A DNA stretch of 64,000 nt from an uncultured Bacteroidales bacterium (GCA_900315335.1 OMYR01000018.1:3516-67515), one strand, 5' to 3'; positions 17,678 through 27,977 are shown, counted from the stretch's first letter. The notes: generated from the letters alone by a model not told the origin. A program made the numbers and translations.

Positions 17678-18838
17678 TTAAATCTTGTCTTCGATTTGTT
17701 TTGTTATTTCATTCAAGCGGTCTTTTGTCGGAACGAATTGTTCGTTGATTGTATCGACAGTTTCAATGCAAGACTCATCAAAGAAACGTTGCATAAACTT
17801 CATACTTAATCCAGCCCAGCCGTAAGAACCGAATAAAAAGCCTTTCTTTCCTTTGACGATAAGTCCTTGTAGATAGGTCATAAAGGAAGCAACGGTAGGA
17901 AGCATTCCCTTGTTCAACGTAGGGGAGCCGACACAAATGTATTCTGCATCCAAACAATCCGCCATAATATCCGAAATATGGTTGCTTTGCAAACAGAACA
18001 TCTTGAATTGATAGCCTTTATTCTCAAACGCTTTGGCAACGGCTTTGGCGATTTTTTCCGTTGAGTGCCACATAGAGTCATATACTATAACGGCTTTCTT
18101 TTCTGTCTTGCCCGTTGCCCAATCCGTATAAAGCGATAAATATTTGTCTAAATCCTTACGGAAGATAAGTCCATGGGAAGGGCAAATCATACGGATGTCC
18201 AAAGTTCCGACAGTTTTCAAAGCATTGACAACTTGTGGGGAATAAGGCATAACTATATTGGCGTAATAGGTTTTTGCTTGTTGGAAAACGAAATCCAAAG
18301 GCAATTCATCGGCGAATATTTCGCTGTGAGCGATGTGCTGTCCGAAAGCATCGTTAGAGAACAACATTTTTTCTTCTTCCAAATACGTAACCATATTGTC
18401 GGGCCAATGCACCATAGGTGTTGCAACGAAATCAAAGGTACGAGAACCTATTTTTCTCTGGTCGCCGCTTTTGATAATATCCCATTTCCAAGCAGTGGTA
18501 TCGTAATGCAATTGCAATTCTTGTTGTGCCTTTGCGGTTGTGATTACTGTTGCGTTTTTTGCAACATTCATAACAACGGGCATAGCACCGGAGTGGTCCA
18601 TTTCAACGTGATTACAGATTACATAATCTATCTTTGACGGGTCGATGATTTCACTTATACGTTCCAAAAGTTCCTCACCGAACGGAGCTTTTACGGTATC
18701 AATCAGAGTTATTTTCTCATCTATAACAAGATAAGCATTGTATGAAGAACCGTAGTGGGTTAAATATCCATGGAAGTTACGAACGTTCCAATCACTTGCA
18801 CCCACCTCAAAAATGTTTTTTGCAATTTCTTTTCTCAT
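17678..18838 (-). CDS. FprA-family A-type flavodiiron protein
   Basis: 386 aa. Metallo-beta-lactamase-like di-iron motif HVEMDHSG. C-terminal flavodoxin-like domain (KAVIVYDSMWHSTEKIAKAV, GSPTLNKG). Confidence 0.88.
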   Translation of the reverse strand: MRKEIAKNIFEVGASDWNVRNFHGYLTHYGSSYNAYLVIDEKITLIDTVKAPFGEELLERISEIIDPSKIDYVICNHVEMDHSGAMPVVMNVAKNATVITTAKAQQELQLHYDTTAWKWDIIKSGDQRKIGSRTFDFVATPMVHWPDNMVTYLEEEKMLFSNDAFGQHIAHSEIFADELPLDFVFQQAKTYYANIVMPYSPQVVNALKTVGTLDIRMICPSHGLIFRKDLDKYLSLYTDWATGKTEKKAVIVYDSMWHSTEKIAKAVAKAFENKGYQFKMFCLQSNHISDIMADCLDAEYICVGSPTLNKGMLPTVASFMTYLQGLIVKGKKGFLFGSYGWAGLSMKFMQRFFDESCIETVDTINEQFVPTKDRLNEITKQIEDKI

Positions 18839-19062
18839 ATTCTATTGTTTTTTAGTATTTGCACGTTTAATTCAATTATTTTCGGATTTTTAAGTATTAA
18901 AAATACTCCCAATTTTATTGGGGTGCAAAGTTACAGAATTTTCTTTATTTCAAAGAAAACACAATTCAAATTATTATAGATTTTCTTCTTTGATTGCAGT
19001 CATTTTGTGGCAAAAAACATTAAAAACTATTGAATTTGCTGTTTTTTATGTACCTTTGCAAT

Positions 19063-20193
19063 ATGAAAAAAAGAGTTTTGGTAAGCGTCAGCAATGATTT
19101 ATATAATGACAATAGGGTTTTGAAGACTTGTAACAGCCTTGAAAAATATGGTTTATCTGTTACTGTCGTTTGCAAAAAGGCTACCAAACAAAGGAAATCC
19201 CAAAACGTTGATTTTTCCACAAAGTATCCGAAATTACAAACTATTCGTCTTAGGTTTTTGTTTAAGAAGAATGTTTTTTATTATGCAGAATTGAATTTGA
19301 GAATGTTTTTCGTTTTGCTTTTCAAGCGTTTTGATGTTTTGTGGGCGAATGATTTGGATACCTTGCCTGCTAATTATCTTGTAAGCAGGCTGAGGAAAAA
19401 ACCTGTTATATTTGATTCTCACGAGATGTTTTGTTATGTTGCCGAATTACGTGTAGGCAGTATTCAGCAACGTGTTTGGCTTGGCTTGGAAAAGGCTATC
19501 GTTCCTCATTTGAAATATATTACGACGGTTTGTGAGCCTATCAAACAATATTTTTTTGACAAATATAAAGTCAATTCCGAAATCATAAGAAACATTCCGC
19601 TATATAGCGAAAGCAATCAAACAAGAAAAAACTATCCCTTTAATGAAAAATATATAATTTGGCAAGGTTCTACAAATATCGATAGAGGTTTGGAAGAGTT
19701 GGTGGAAAGTATGCAATATGTTGATTGCAAATTATATATCTGTGGTAAAGGAGATATTTTTCAAGACTTAAAAAATCTAATCGAGAAGTATAGTTTGCAC
19801 AATAAAGTCTTTTTGCTTGGCAAGTTGCCTTATGAAAAAATGATTGAAAAGACTAAAAACGCCACTTTGGGCATATCGATAGACAAGCCCACTAATAGAA
19901 ACTATGCTATTTCGTTGCCAAACAAAATTTTTGAGTATATCAATTCCGCTGTGCCTGTTTTGTATTCGCCTCTTTGCGAGATAAAAAATATTGAGGACAA
20001 GTTTCGTTGTGGTGTTGAGATTGTTTCGTATCAGCCGTTGGAGTTGGCAAAACAAATAAACGAGTTGATAAATAATGATGACTTGTTACAGAAATTAAGT
20101 GATAACTGTTTGGTTGCACAAAAGCAATTGAATTGGCAACAAGAAGAAAAGACATTATTTAATCTTTTGGATAAAATCAAGGCATTGGATTAA
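19063..20193 (+). CDS. Glycosyltransferase, GT-B fold (GT4-like)
   Basis: ATG 19063 gives MKKRVLVSVSN. The track start at 19030 is a TTG. E-x7-E-like context NKIFEYINSAVPVL. Caveat: a TACCTTTG box sits only 5 nt upstream (19051-19058), so the start site is uncertain. Confidence 0.7.
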   Translation: MKKRVLVSVSNDLYNDNRVLKTCNSLEKYGLSVTVVCKKATKQRKSQNVDFSTKYPKLQTIRLRFLFKKNVFYYAELNLRMFFVLLFKRFDVLWANDLDTLPANYLVSRLRKKPVIFDSHEMFCYVAELRVGSIQQRVWLGLEKAIVPHLKYITTVCEPIKQYFFDKYKVNSEIIRNIPLYSESNQTRKNYPFNEKYIIWQGSTNIDRGLEELVESMQYVDCKLYICGKGDIFQDLKNLIEKYSLHNKVFLLGKLPYEKMIEKTKNATLGISIDKPTNRNYAISLPNKIFEYINSAVPVLYSPLCEIKNIEDKFRCGVEIVSYQPLELAKQINELINNDDLLQKLSDNCLVAQKQLNWQQEEKTLFNLLDKIKALD

Positions 20194-20195
20194 TC

Positions 20196-20268
20196 ATAAA
20201 ATTAGTCTCAGTAATTGTAAAAATAGTTTCACTAACTAAAAAATTAGTTTCACTAATCAATTAACTGA
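20196..20268. repeat. 21-bp-phased repeat array, locus E
   Basis: Sequence AAATTAGTCTCAGTAATTGTAA / AAATAGTTTCACTAACTAAA / AAATTAGTTTCACTAATCAA. Unit starts at 20199, 20221 and 20241. Confidence 0.75.
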
Positions 20269-20350
20269 TATGGCTATTTACTTCACGATTTGCGACATTA
20301 TTTTTTCCAATCTTAAACTTATTGTTTTTACTCCTTTGTTTTGCATTTTT

Positions 20351-21022
20351 TCATCTTGCCTTATCGCGATTTTCATTTTCCTTTCTCAAATCATCAAGTA
20401 TTTTGCCTTTATACGAAAAATATTTTGCTCCTTGATAGGCTCCGGATGTATTCTGGATATCTTCTGGCATAAATGTTCCAACGAAAGGCGACAACTTATA
20501 TATACGACCTTCATATTCGATGGTATCGTCCGATGCTACTTTTACGATTATACCGGTAGGAATGAAAGTAATGTCTTTTCCGATTTTTATGCCGCACATA
20601 CTGAATTTGAAGCGAGATCGCTTAACTTCTCGTTTAATGCTGACAGGTTTTGCGTTGTCAATAGGTTTATTTTCATGGTATAAAATAACTTCTGCATCAT
20701 CAACAGTCGTTGCAATATCGCGAAAAATATCAAGAGCCACTTGTGGAGCGACATTAAAAAATTCGCGATTTTGTCGAATACGCAAGTCTGTTAAACGGTC
20801 TATTGTCTTATGTACTAATTTTTCGACCTCGTTATATTTGCAAGTTTTCATAGTCGCAAGTATCTCAAAAGGTAAAGGTACTGCAGTATTGTCAAGTTCC
20901 TTGGACCTAATATCTACGGGGCGAGAACTTTTGCCAATCTTTACCCAATCCTCTTTGAAACTTGGATTGGTAAGTATATACACATATCCTTTCTCCACGA
21001 CTTTTGCTATTATTTTGGACAA
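20351..21022 (-). CDS. GIY-YIG / T5orf172-type domain protein
   Basis: 223 aa. N-terminal GYVYILTNPSFKEDWVKIGKS ... REFF matches the T5orf172 (GIY-YIG-like) pattern. The C-terminal half is uncharacterised. Confidence 0.6.
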   Translation of the reverse strand: MSKIIAKVVEKGYVYILTNPSFKEDWVKIGKSSRPVDIRSKELDNTAVPLPFEILATMKTCKYNEVEKLVHKTIDRLTDLRIRQNREFFNVAPQVALDIFRDIATTVDDAEVILYHENKPIDNAKPVSIKREVKRSRFKFSMCGIKIGKDITFIPTGIIVKVASDDTIEYEGRIYKLSPFVGTFMPEDIQNTSGAYQGAKYFSYKGKILDDLRKENENRDKAR

Positions 21023-21048
21023 ATTGAAACTACTTGTGTTATAATTTA

Positions 21049-21098
21049 ACGATTAACGGCGGGCATCATTAAATGCTCGCCGTTAATCGTTAAAAGCA
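21049..21098 (-). terminator. Strong hairpin downstream of the 21104-21823 gene
   Basis: Perfect 14-bp stem AACGATTAACGGCG ... CGCCGTTAATCGTT with a 16-nt loop. No clean U-run, so terminator function is inferred from position only. Confidence 0.45.
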
Positions 21099-21103
21099 AT
21101 GAT

Positions 21104-21823
21104 TTAGTGTTTAACTATTAATTTCTTTGTTACCAAAGGTCTTCCGTCAGCAGTGATAGAGTAGAAATAAACTCCATTAACTAAATCTGAAACGTTTAAT
21201 GAAACTTTGCTTGCGCTACCAACTTTCAAATTAACTTCCTTAACTGTTGAACCCAAAGAGTTTCTTACAACCAATTTTGCATTTCTGAAATTTGCAGGAA
21301 TTGAATACGCAACATTCGTTGCAGACATTGCAGGATTAGGCTGTGCATTCAAAGAAAGTTTTACGTTTTTGCTGTTTTGGGAAGTCAATGAACTTTGAAC
21401 TTGATAAATAACGTTCAATGTTTTGAGTACTTCGTTTGTGTTGTGGTCAATGAATTTCACAACAACTGTTGAAGTTACGCCATTGGCATATAGATATTGT
21501 AAATCAAATCCCTCATAAGTTTCCTCCGGATCAATCAATACAGGTGTAGAAACAGTTTCCGTCATACATGTTCCATTAAAACACATCATAACGTCATTAC
21601 CCTCAGAAACGCCTGACTTATCCATTTCGACGCGGAAATTCAATTCGGTATTGGCTTTATTCTGAATATGAATGTAATCTATTCTCATCGGCTGATCCAT
21701 ATCCAATGTAATTGCAAGTTCATTACCCTCAATAACATCATCGTGATACAATAAATCAATGCTTTGGGCACTTGCCATAAAGATGCCTAACACGGCAACC
21801 AAAAACAAATAAATTTTTTTCAT
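21104..21823 (-). CDS. Secreted protein with T9SS C-terminal sorting domain
   Basis: 239 aa. Signal peptide MKKIYLFLVAVLGIFMASAQ. C-terminus VSDLVNGVYFYSITADGRPLVTKKLIVKH is a type-A CTD. Confidence 0.7.
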   Translation of the reverse strand: MKKIYLFLVAVLGIFMASAQSIDLLYHDDVIEGNELAITLDMDQPMRIDYIHIQNKANTELNFRVEMDKSGVSEGNDVMMCFNGTCMTETVSTPVLIDPEETYEGFDLQYLYANGVTSTVVVKFIDHNTNEVLKTLNVIYQVQSSLTSQNSKNVKLSLNAQPNPAMSATNVAYSIPANFRNAKLVVRNSLGSTVKEVNLKVGSASKVSLNVSDLVNGVYFYSITADGRPLVTKKLIVKH

Positions 21824-21922
21824 TTTAATATCCTTTCCTATTTAATTATGTTTATAAATTCTAATTTTGGGCTGCAAAAATACGACATTTTTATAAAATG
21901 ACAAATTTATATTCCAAAAATC

Positions 21923-22768
21923 TTATTCAATATCAATCTCATTTACCTGCAATACTTCACCGTTATCAGCATTAGTTGCGAATACGACTATCTTGCAGTT
22001 GGCTGTGTTCCAAGAAGAATCTATATTAATCTCGTAGTTTTTGTTGATATTTTGATTTGCGCTTGCGGAAGTGAAAAACGAATAATCAACAAGACCATTG
22101 GTTCTTAAAACATGGTTGAATACATAGTCTTTAACCATAGGATTTTCCGCATTGTTGGTCAGTTGTGTGCCTATTATACCATCTTCCAAGACCAAAATAG
22201 TTATTAACACCGGTTGATTAATGTCTTGTAATATTTCACCATTCACACTGACTAAAAATTTATTATCTCTTTTCGTCGCACCAAGATTAATATTCATTGT
22301 GTGCTTTGTTGAAGAAAGTAAAGAGACAATAGTCGAACGCCAATCATCTTTTAGTATTCCTTTTGAGGAACTTGTTCCGTTGCTCTTACGATTTATAACG
22401 CCGATAGGGTTGCTTGTTATTCCAAAATCATTATACCATTTCTCGCCGTATTCAGTACGGAAATCCATATTGCCATTTGCGGAACTTGGTCTTGCAAAAG
22501 CACCTGCATGAACAGCCATAGCAACCAACTTTTCGCCAAATTCATTCTGTAAATCAGTTACAAGTTCTGCCGCCGCAGGACAATTGACACAACTCCAACC
22601 GGTGTAATCCTCCAAAAGTATTGCTTGTTCGTTTTGCTTTTTTGTTATAGGGGTTTGCTCGGAAGTTTCACCCTCGGGATAGATAACATATTCGTTTTCT
22701 TCAAAATTATCACAAGCCACAAACATTAACGGCAGCACTGCCAATGTTATATATTTCAAAATTTTCAT
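21923..22768 (-). CDS. Omp28-related thioredoxin-fold outer membrane lipoprotein
   Basis: 281 aa. Lipobox LMFVACD. LLEDYTGWSCVNCPAAAE carries a CxxC in the context I associate with Omp28-related proteins. Confidence 0.6.
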   Translation of the reverse strand: MKILKYITLAVLPLMFVACDNFEENEYVIYPEGETSEQTPITKKQNEQAILLEDYTGWSCVNCPAAAELVTDLQNEFGEKLVAMAVHAGAFARPSSANGNMDFRTEYGEKWYNDFGITSNPIGVINRKSNGTSSSKGILKDDWRSTIVSLLSSTKHTMNINLGATKRDNKFLVSVNGEILQDINQPVLITILVLEDGIIGTQLTNNAENPMVKDYVFNHVLRTNGLVDYSFFTSASANQNINKNYEINIDSSWNTANCKIVVFATNADNGEVLQVNEIDIE

Positions 22769-22830
22769 ACCTATTTATATTTTAATGTTCTTTCAAATAA
22801 GCCATAAATTTACCCAATGGGATATTTTTT

Positions 22831-24531
22831 CTAAAAACTTGAAGTTATTGTCATAAACATACCGTTGCTTGCAGGTACTTCTCTACAAACTCCGCCTATA
22901 CACATGATGCCTTGACGCTGTTTTCCGTAAGAAAGACTAAATCTTGTTGTCCCGAAAGTGCAACCGGCAGAGACATTATAATAATGTACTTTGTCGCCCT
23001 GCTCTGTTCCGTAGTTCCATTGGTCGGAAGCAGCCAAAAACCAATGACCCGCAAAATTGTATTCCGCACCATATTGGAACCAATTGCCTTTTGCAAATTC
23101 GTCATAGTCTTGCTTGGTAAATAATGCTTGAATTTCTCCTTTGATTGACTGATGTGCAGCCAATTTGTATGTTCCGTCGATAACGGCAACGTGTGCGTAA
23201 ATCATAGGATTGCCTGCATGACCGTATGCAATAGGGTTGAACTCTTGGTAAGAATACATAAAGTTCATCTTGAAATTAGAAGAGATTTTTTTGTTTATCT
23301 CCAAATTTATTTCAGAGAAGTATTTTTCTTCGCCAATACTGAATAAATCTGTCTCATATCCGTTAGTACCTGCTTCAAATAAAGCATAGCCGTCAATAGG
23401 AGTCATATCCAAAGAATGAATATTGGAATAATTCAATTTTATTGAAGTTCCGTATTTACCACCAAGCAAAGTGCCTTTTGGAATCTTGTACATAATATCG
23501 GCACTAAAACCAATCTCGCCGTTGATTTGTGTTGCATAGGAATACATACTCATCAAAGAGTAAGAGTGATTACGAGTGATTGACGGCAAATAATTAACGT
23601 TTAACATATTTCCTGTTTCGGTACGTTTGGATTTGAAAGACATATTATCTATACGTTTTCCCTCCAAACGGATTCCTAAACCTTTAATGGAATATTCGGC
23701 AGTAAGCAATTGGGCATTACCCTTGCGATAGATATAGTTATTTACCGCATTTGGGTCTTGACCTTTGAAAGCAAATTCTCCCGACAAAGCGAAAGCGTTA
23801 TAACCGAAATTGAAACGCACTGCACCTGCACCTATATTTTCGGGAAGATTTAGTTTGTAGTTGTCATTGTTTCTTGTTATGTATTTAGTACCTGCTTTTT
23901 CATAAGTGGAAACAAAACTACCGCCCAAAGATAAACTTACGGGGGAAGAAGCAAGCGAAGGAATCATTTCACTTAATGAAAATTCGCCGTCAATACCACG
24001 AACAAGACCATTATCGTTTTGCCAAATATCGTCCCAATAGTATCTTTGCTTTCCAATAACACCTTTAAGGATTATTCCTTTATAAGGCCTTGCTACGACA
24101 CGAACTCCGTCCATAGCATTATCCAAGCCAAGGTTTCTTTCTTCGTAAGAACGGAATATTAATCCGTTGCCGAATTGTTCGTAGTAATTACCTGCGGTTA
24201 TTTCCAAAAAATCTTTTTTGTAAGAAACAAAACGATAAGGAACACCGGAACCTTTGTATTGTTTATCAAAGCCCAAAATAGGATTTAGATAAGATTCAAA
24301 TCTTACACCGGCTGAAAAATCTCCGTTAGTATATAAAATATTCGCAAAAGTATTCGACAATAATTTTTCATCAACTTTTTGAGCCCCGATAGTTTTGTCT
24401 TCTTTGGACATTTGAATATCGGTTTGGAAATTGCCAGTAACTTTGCCTCCAAGTATTCCTTGTGCGTTTGCATGTACGAACACAAAAGAAACAGAGGCCA
24501 ATAATACAATTATTTTCTTCATTATTTTCAA
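22831..24531 (-). CDS. Outer membrane beta-barrel protein (DUF6029-like)
   Basis: 566 aa with a signal peptide, an alternating beta-strand pattern and a C-terminal ...FMTITSSF. From memory, this family neighbours TlpA-like genes. Confidence 0.55.
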   Translation of the reverse strand: MKIMKKIIVLLASVSFVFVHANAQGILGGKVTGNFQTDIQMSKEDKTIGAQKVDEKLLSNTFANILYTNGDFSAGVRFESYLNPILGFDKQYKGSGVPYRFVSYKKDFLEITAGNYYEQFGNGLIFRSYEERNLGLDNAMDGVRVVARPYKGIILKGVIGKQRYYWDDIWQNDNGLVRGIDGEFSLSEMIPSLASSPVSLSLGGSFVSTYEKAGTKYITRNNDNYKLNLPENIGAGAVRFNFGYNAFALSGEFAFKGQDPNAVNNYIYRKGNAQLLTAEYSIKGLGIRLEGKRIDNMSFKSKRTETGNMLNVNYLPSITRNHSYSLMSMYSYATQINGEIGFSADIMYKIPKGTLLGGKYGTSIKLNYSNIHSLDMTPIDGYALFEAGTNGYETDLFSIGEEKYFSEINLEINKKISSNFKMNFMYSYQEFNPIAYGHAGNPMIYAHVAVIDGTYKLAAHQSIKGEIQALFTKQDYDEFAKGNWFQYGAEYNFAGHWFLAASDQWNYGTEQGDKVHYYNVSAGCTFGTTRFSLSYGKQRQGIMCIGGVCREVPASNGMFMTITSSF

Positions 24532-24586
24532 TTATAAATTTGAAAAACTTATAACAACCCTATTTATTAAATTCTTTTCAGGAATG

Positions 24587-25081
24587 TTATTTGTTTGATA
24601 ACTCTTTGTATTTTGCTATTGTGTTTTGCTCATCTCCTTCTGCATAGCCTGCGTGTTGCCACAATATCGTACCGTCAGCACCAACGATAAAAGTATGAGG
24701 AGGATTATTTACGCCCATCGCACGTTTGAAATCCGAATTTTCATCAATAACAACTTCATATTCCCATTCGGAACTATTGACAAGTGTCTTGACTTTGCCT
24801 TTTGTTCTTGTATCATCGATAGAAACGGCATATACCTTAACTCCCGTTTCTTCCCTCCAATCGGAATACAATTCAGCTATAGCGTTTAGTTCATCTAAAC
24901 AAGGGTGGCACCATGTTGCCCAAAAACAAACGATATAAGGTTTGCCGTCATTAGAGAAACTACCTGTATTGACTACTTTACCATTTACGTCTTTTACGTC
25001 TATCTTTGCAATCTTAGCATCTTGTGCATTTACACAGAACGCAAACAATGCCATAGCTGCAAGTAAAAATATCTTTTTCAT
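24587..25081 (-). CDS. TlpA-family thiol:disulfide oxidoreductase
   Basis: 164 aa with a signal peptide. Active site FWATWCHPC. Confidence 0.85.
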   Translation of the reverse strand: MKKIFLLAAMALFAFCVNAQDAKIAKIDVKDVNGKVVNTGSFSNDGKPYIVCFWATWCHPCLDELNAIAELYSDWREETGVKVYAVSIDDTRTKGKVKTLVNSSEWEYEVVIDENSDFKRAMGVNNPPHTFIVGADGTILWQHAGYAEGDEQNTIAKYKELSNK

Positions 25082-25136
25082 ATCGGTTAAGATTTTTTGT
25101 GTTGTTATTAATTCTACGTTATTTACTTATTTTGCT

Positions 25137-26114
25137 TTATTTATTGCGTATTGTCAAATATTGTACCAATGCTCTGAGGTTTATGGAATATTCGTTGAGT
25201 GGCATATTATCCACAATCTTTAATGCTTTATCGGAATAATTTTTTTGAACTTTGAAAGTCTTTTGCAAAGCACCACTCTCATTTACCTTTTCAATGAAAT
25301 CCTCTATTTCTTCCTTAGATTTGTTGTCTCCAAAGAAGAAATCAACAGCCTTATCTTTCTCTTTGTCGCTAAGAGTTTCCAAATAATGAATGAAAGGTAA
25401 GGTTATTTTCTTTTCTCTAATGTCGTTGCCAAGCCCTTTGCCCATAAGGTTATTTGCATCATAGTCCAAAATATCGTCTCGTATTTGGAACGCCATTCCT
25501 ATATGCTCGCCAAGTTCGGCTATTTCTTTAAGATTTACGTTTTTGTTGCCGCAACTTCTTGCACCGCACTCGGTGGAAGCGCATATCAATGATGCAGTTT
25601 TGTAGTATATGACTTTGGAGTATGATTCAATAGAAGTGTCTTTGTCGTTGGTTATATCCGTTTCTTTAATCTCGCCGGCAGGCAAATTGAGTGCAATGCG
25701 GGCAAACACGTCCATTAAATTAAAATCTTCTTGTGTTTTTATCGTAGCAAGAGCCTTGCCATAAAGATAATCGCCTACCAATATCGCAGGGCGATCACCG
25801 AATAATGCATTGACAGTTGTTTTATTACGGCGTATTTTAGAGGAATCGATGACATCATCGTGCAGAAGAGAAGCAGTATGCAAGAGTTCAATAATAATGG
25901 CGGCCCTAAGCGTTTGGGGAGTTATATCGCCAAAAGTTTTTGCAATCAAAAACACGAGCAGTGGTCTTATTCTCTTACCTTTGAGTGAATTTGTATGGGT
26001 AAGTATAGTATTCAAAAGAGCATCGTCAGTGTGAAAATTTTTATCAAAAGCCTCCTCAAACTGTTGCATCGGTTGTTGCAAACATTCAATAATATCTTCA
26101 AGTCTATTATCCAT
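25137..26114 (-). CDS. Polyprenyl diphosphate synthase (trans-IPPS)
   Basis: 325 aa. First DDxxD motif LLHDDVID. Second motif FQIRDDILD. Confidence 0.88.
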   Translation of the reverse strand: MDNRLEDIIECLQQPMQQFEEAFDKNFHTDDALLNTILTHTNSLKGKRIRPLLVFLIAKTFGDITPQTLRAAIIIELLHTASLLHDDVIDSSKIRRNKTTVNALFGDRPAILVGDYLYGKALATIKTQEDFNLMDVFARIALNLPAGEIKETDITNDKDTSIESYSKVIYYKTASLICASTECGARSCGNKNVNLKEIAELGEHIGMAFQIRDDILDYDANNLMGKGLGNDIREKKITLPFIHYLETLSDKEKDKAVDFFFGDNKSKEEIEDFIEKVNESGALQKTFKVQKNYSDKALKIVDNMPLNEYSINLRALVQYLTIRNK

Positions 26115-26193
26115 CTAAAACAAGTTTATCAAGGTGCAAAGATACACATTTTTTGTAATAAATGTTTCATTTTGTAAGAAAAACGAATATTTT

Positions 26194-26278
26194 CAAGTGT
26201 TATCAGTTTTTTAGTGTTAATGATTATTGTCGTGATGTGAGAGATTAATTTTTTAGTGTTAAACACTATTTTGATAAA
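26194..26278. repeat. 21-bp-phased repeat array, locus F
   Basis: TTAGTGTTAATGATTATTGTCGTGATGTGAGAGATTAATTTTTTAGTGTTAAACACTATTTTGATAAA. The two TTAGTGTT words start at 26211 and 26253, which is 42 nt or 2 x 21. Confidence 0.75.
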
Positions 26279-26317
26279 TATTCATAATATTTTAGTCGTA
26301 TGAGAAACGGTTGATTT

Positions 26318-27973
26318 TTATGCAAATACAGACGTAAATTCAAATGACTTCGCATCAAACAAACCCTTATCGCTGAGTTTTATTTCGGGGATTACCAAAA
26401 GAGCCATAAACGCCATAGTCATAAACGGTGCATTCATCTTGCAGCCCAATGATTTGGCAAAATTATTCAGGCTTTCATACTTGCTTGAAACAACATCTAT
26501 TGTTTCGTTACTCATAAGTCCTGCAATAGGTAGTGGTAGAGTTTCTGTTTTTTCTCCATTTGTAATACATATACCACCTTTGTTTGCAACGAGTTGGTTG
26601 ATAACTTTAACAATAAGTTCATCGCTTGTTCCAACGGCAATTATGTTGTGGGAATCGTGGGCTATCGTAGAAGCCATTGCACCATTCTTTAATCCGAAAC
26701 CATTAATGAATGCAACGGCAGGCTTTGTATTATTGTACCTGTTACATACCACCAATTTCAAGATATCGTTCTTTGTATCGGATACTACAAAATTATCTTG
26801 GATTTTAGCATTACAAACAATGCTTTCTGTATATAATTCCTTGTCTTTGGCTTTAATTACTTTGATTGCAGATGTTTGAGCAATTAATTTAATATCTGTT
26901 TCAGTGATTTCGCTTCTGTTGAAATTGTTAATAATATTTGTATTATCGCTAAGTAAATCGTTGCAAACAAGATTATTATTTGTCTTATCAAAGACTTGTT
27001 TGCCCGAAATGAAAGTAGATTGTATTTCAAAGTATTTTAGATTATTTACAACGATAAAGTCTGCTTGGTCGTCTTTTCTCAGTATTCCGATTGGTAGTTT
27101 GTAATGTGAGATAGGATTTAACGAGCTTGTTTGCAGTATGTTGAATAAAGACAATCCTTTTTCCATACTTCGCTTTACGAGTGTATCAATATAAGAATTT
27201 TGAAGTTCGTTCGGGTGAATGTCATCACTGCAAAACATAGTCATTGTAGGGTATTTGTCAATCAGTTGCCATAGATTATCAAAGTTTTTTGCAGCACTGC
27301 CTTCACGAATCAAGCACTTTATTCCATATTTTATTTTAGTCTCCGCTTCAACGTATGAAGAACTTTCATGGTCAGTGGAAATACCTGCAAGCGAGTATGC
27401 TAAAATATCTTTGTCCTCTAACATCGGAGCATGGCCGTCAATAGGTTTTCCGACTTGTTTGGCGTATTCGATTTTCCTTAGCACTTCCTCGTTTTTGTTC
27501 AATACACCAGGAAAATTCATCATCTCTGCAAGAGCGTATATCTCCTTTTTCTCCAACAATTGTTTGACGTCTTGGCTGTTCAAGGTGTAGCCCGAAGTCT
27601 CGAAATTCGTTGCCGGAACGCAAGAAGGAGCCGTGAAAGCAAAATGAAAACACGATTGTTTGCTGTTTTCAATCATAAAATTTATTCCTTGCGTACCACA
27701 CACGTTTGCTATCTCGTGAGGATCGCATACAGCACCTACAATACCGTGGCGTACAGCTTCTTTTGCATATTGAGGGGGCAATAGCATTGAACTTTCAATA
27801 TGAACATGGGAATCAATCAAGCCGGGAAGAATATATGGTGCGTTGCTATCAATGTCGGGTATTGGAATAATATCCTCAATCTTACCATTCTTAACGTACA
27901 ACTCTCCATCTATAAGTGTTTTGTCTGCAACGGATAAGATATGTCCTTTTATTACGAAATTATTGTTTAACAT
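26318..27973 (-). CDS. ade: Adenine deaminase
   Basis: Amidohydrolase motif GLIDSHVHIESS, then CDPHEIANV and DGHAP. Start moved to ATG 27973 (MLNNNFVIKGHIL). The 21 extra codons in the ORF track are read-through of repeat locus G. Confidence 0.85.
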   Translation of the reverse strand: MLNNNFVIKGHILSVADKTLIDGELYVKNGKIEDIIPIPDIDSNAPYILPGLIDSHVHIESSMLLPPQYAKEAVRHGIVGAVCDPHEIANVCGTQGINFMIENSKQSCFHFAFTAPSCVPATNFETSGYTLNSQDVKQLLEKKEIYALAEMMNFPGVLNKNEEVLRKIEYAKQVGKPIDGHAPMLEDKDILAYSLAGISTDHESSSYVEAETKIKYGIKCLIREGSAAKNFDNLWQLIDKYPTMTMFCSDDIHPNELQNSYIDTLVKRSMEKGLSLFNILQTSSLNPISHYKLPIGILRKDDQADFIVVNNLKYFEIQSTFISGKQVFDKTNNNLVCNDLLSDNTNIINNFNRSEITETDIKLIAQTSAIKVIKAKDKELYTESIVCNAKIQDNFVVSDTKNDILKLVVCNRYNNTKPAVAFINGFGLKNGAMASTIAHDSHNIIAVGTSDELIVKVINQLVANKGGICITNGEKTETLPLPIAGLMSNETIDVVSSKYESLNNFAKSLGCKMNAPFMTMAFMALLVIPEIKLSDKGLFDAKSFEFTSVFA

Positions 27974-27977
27974 TATT

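Noticed and set aside
20270-21044. + strand ORFs 20270-20683 and 20520-21044
   Set aside because: They are antisense to the T5orf172-like gene, with hydrophobic low-complexity products.
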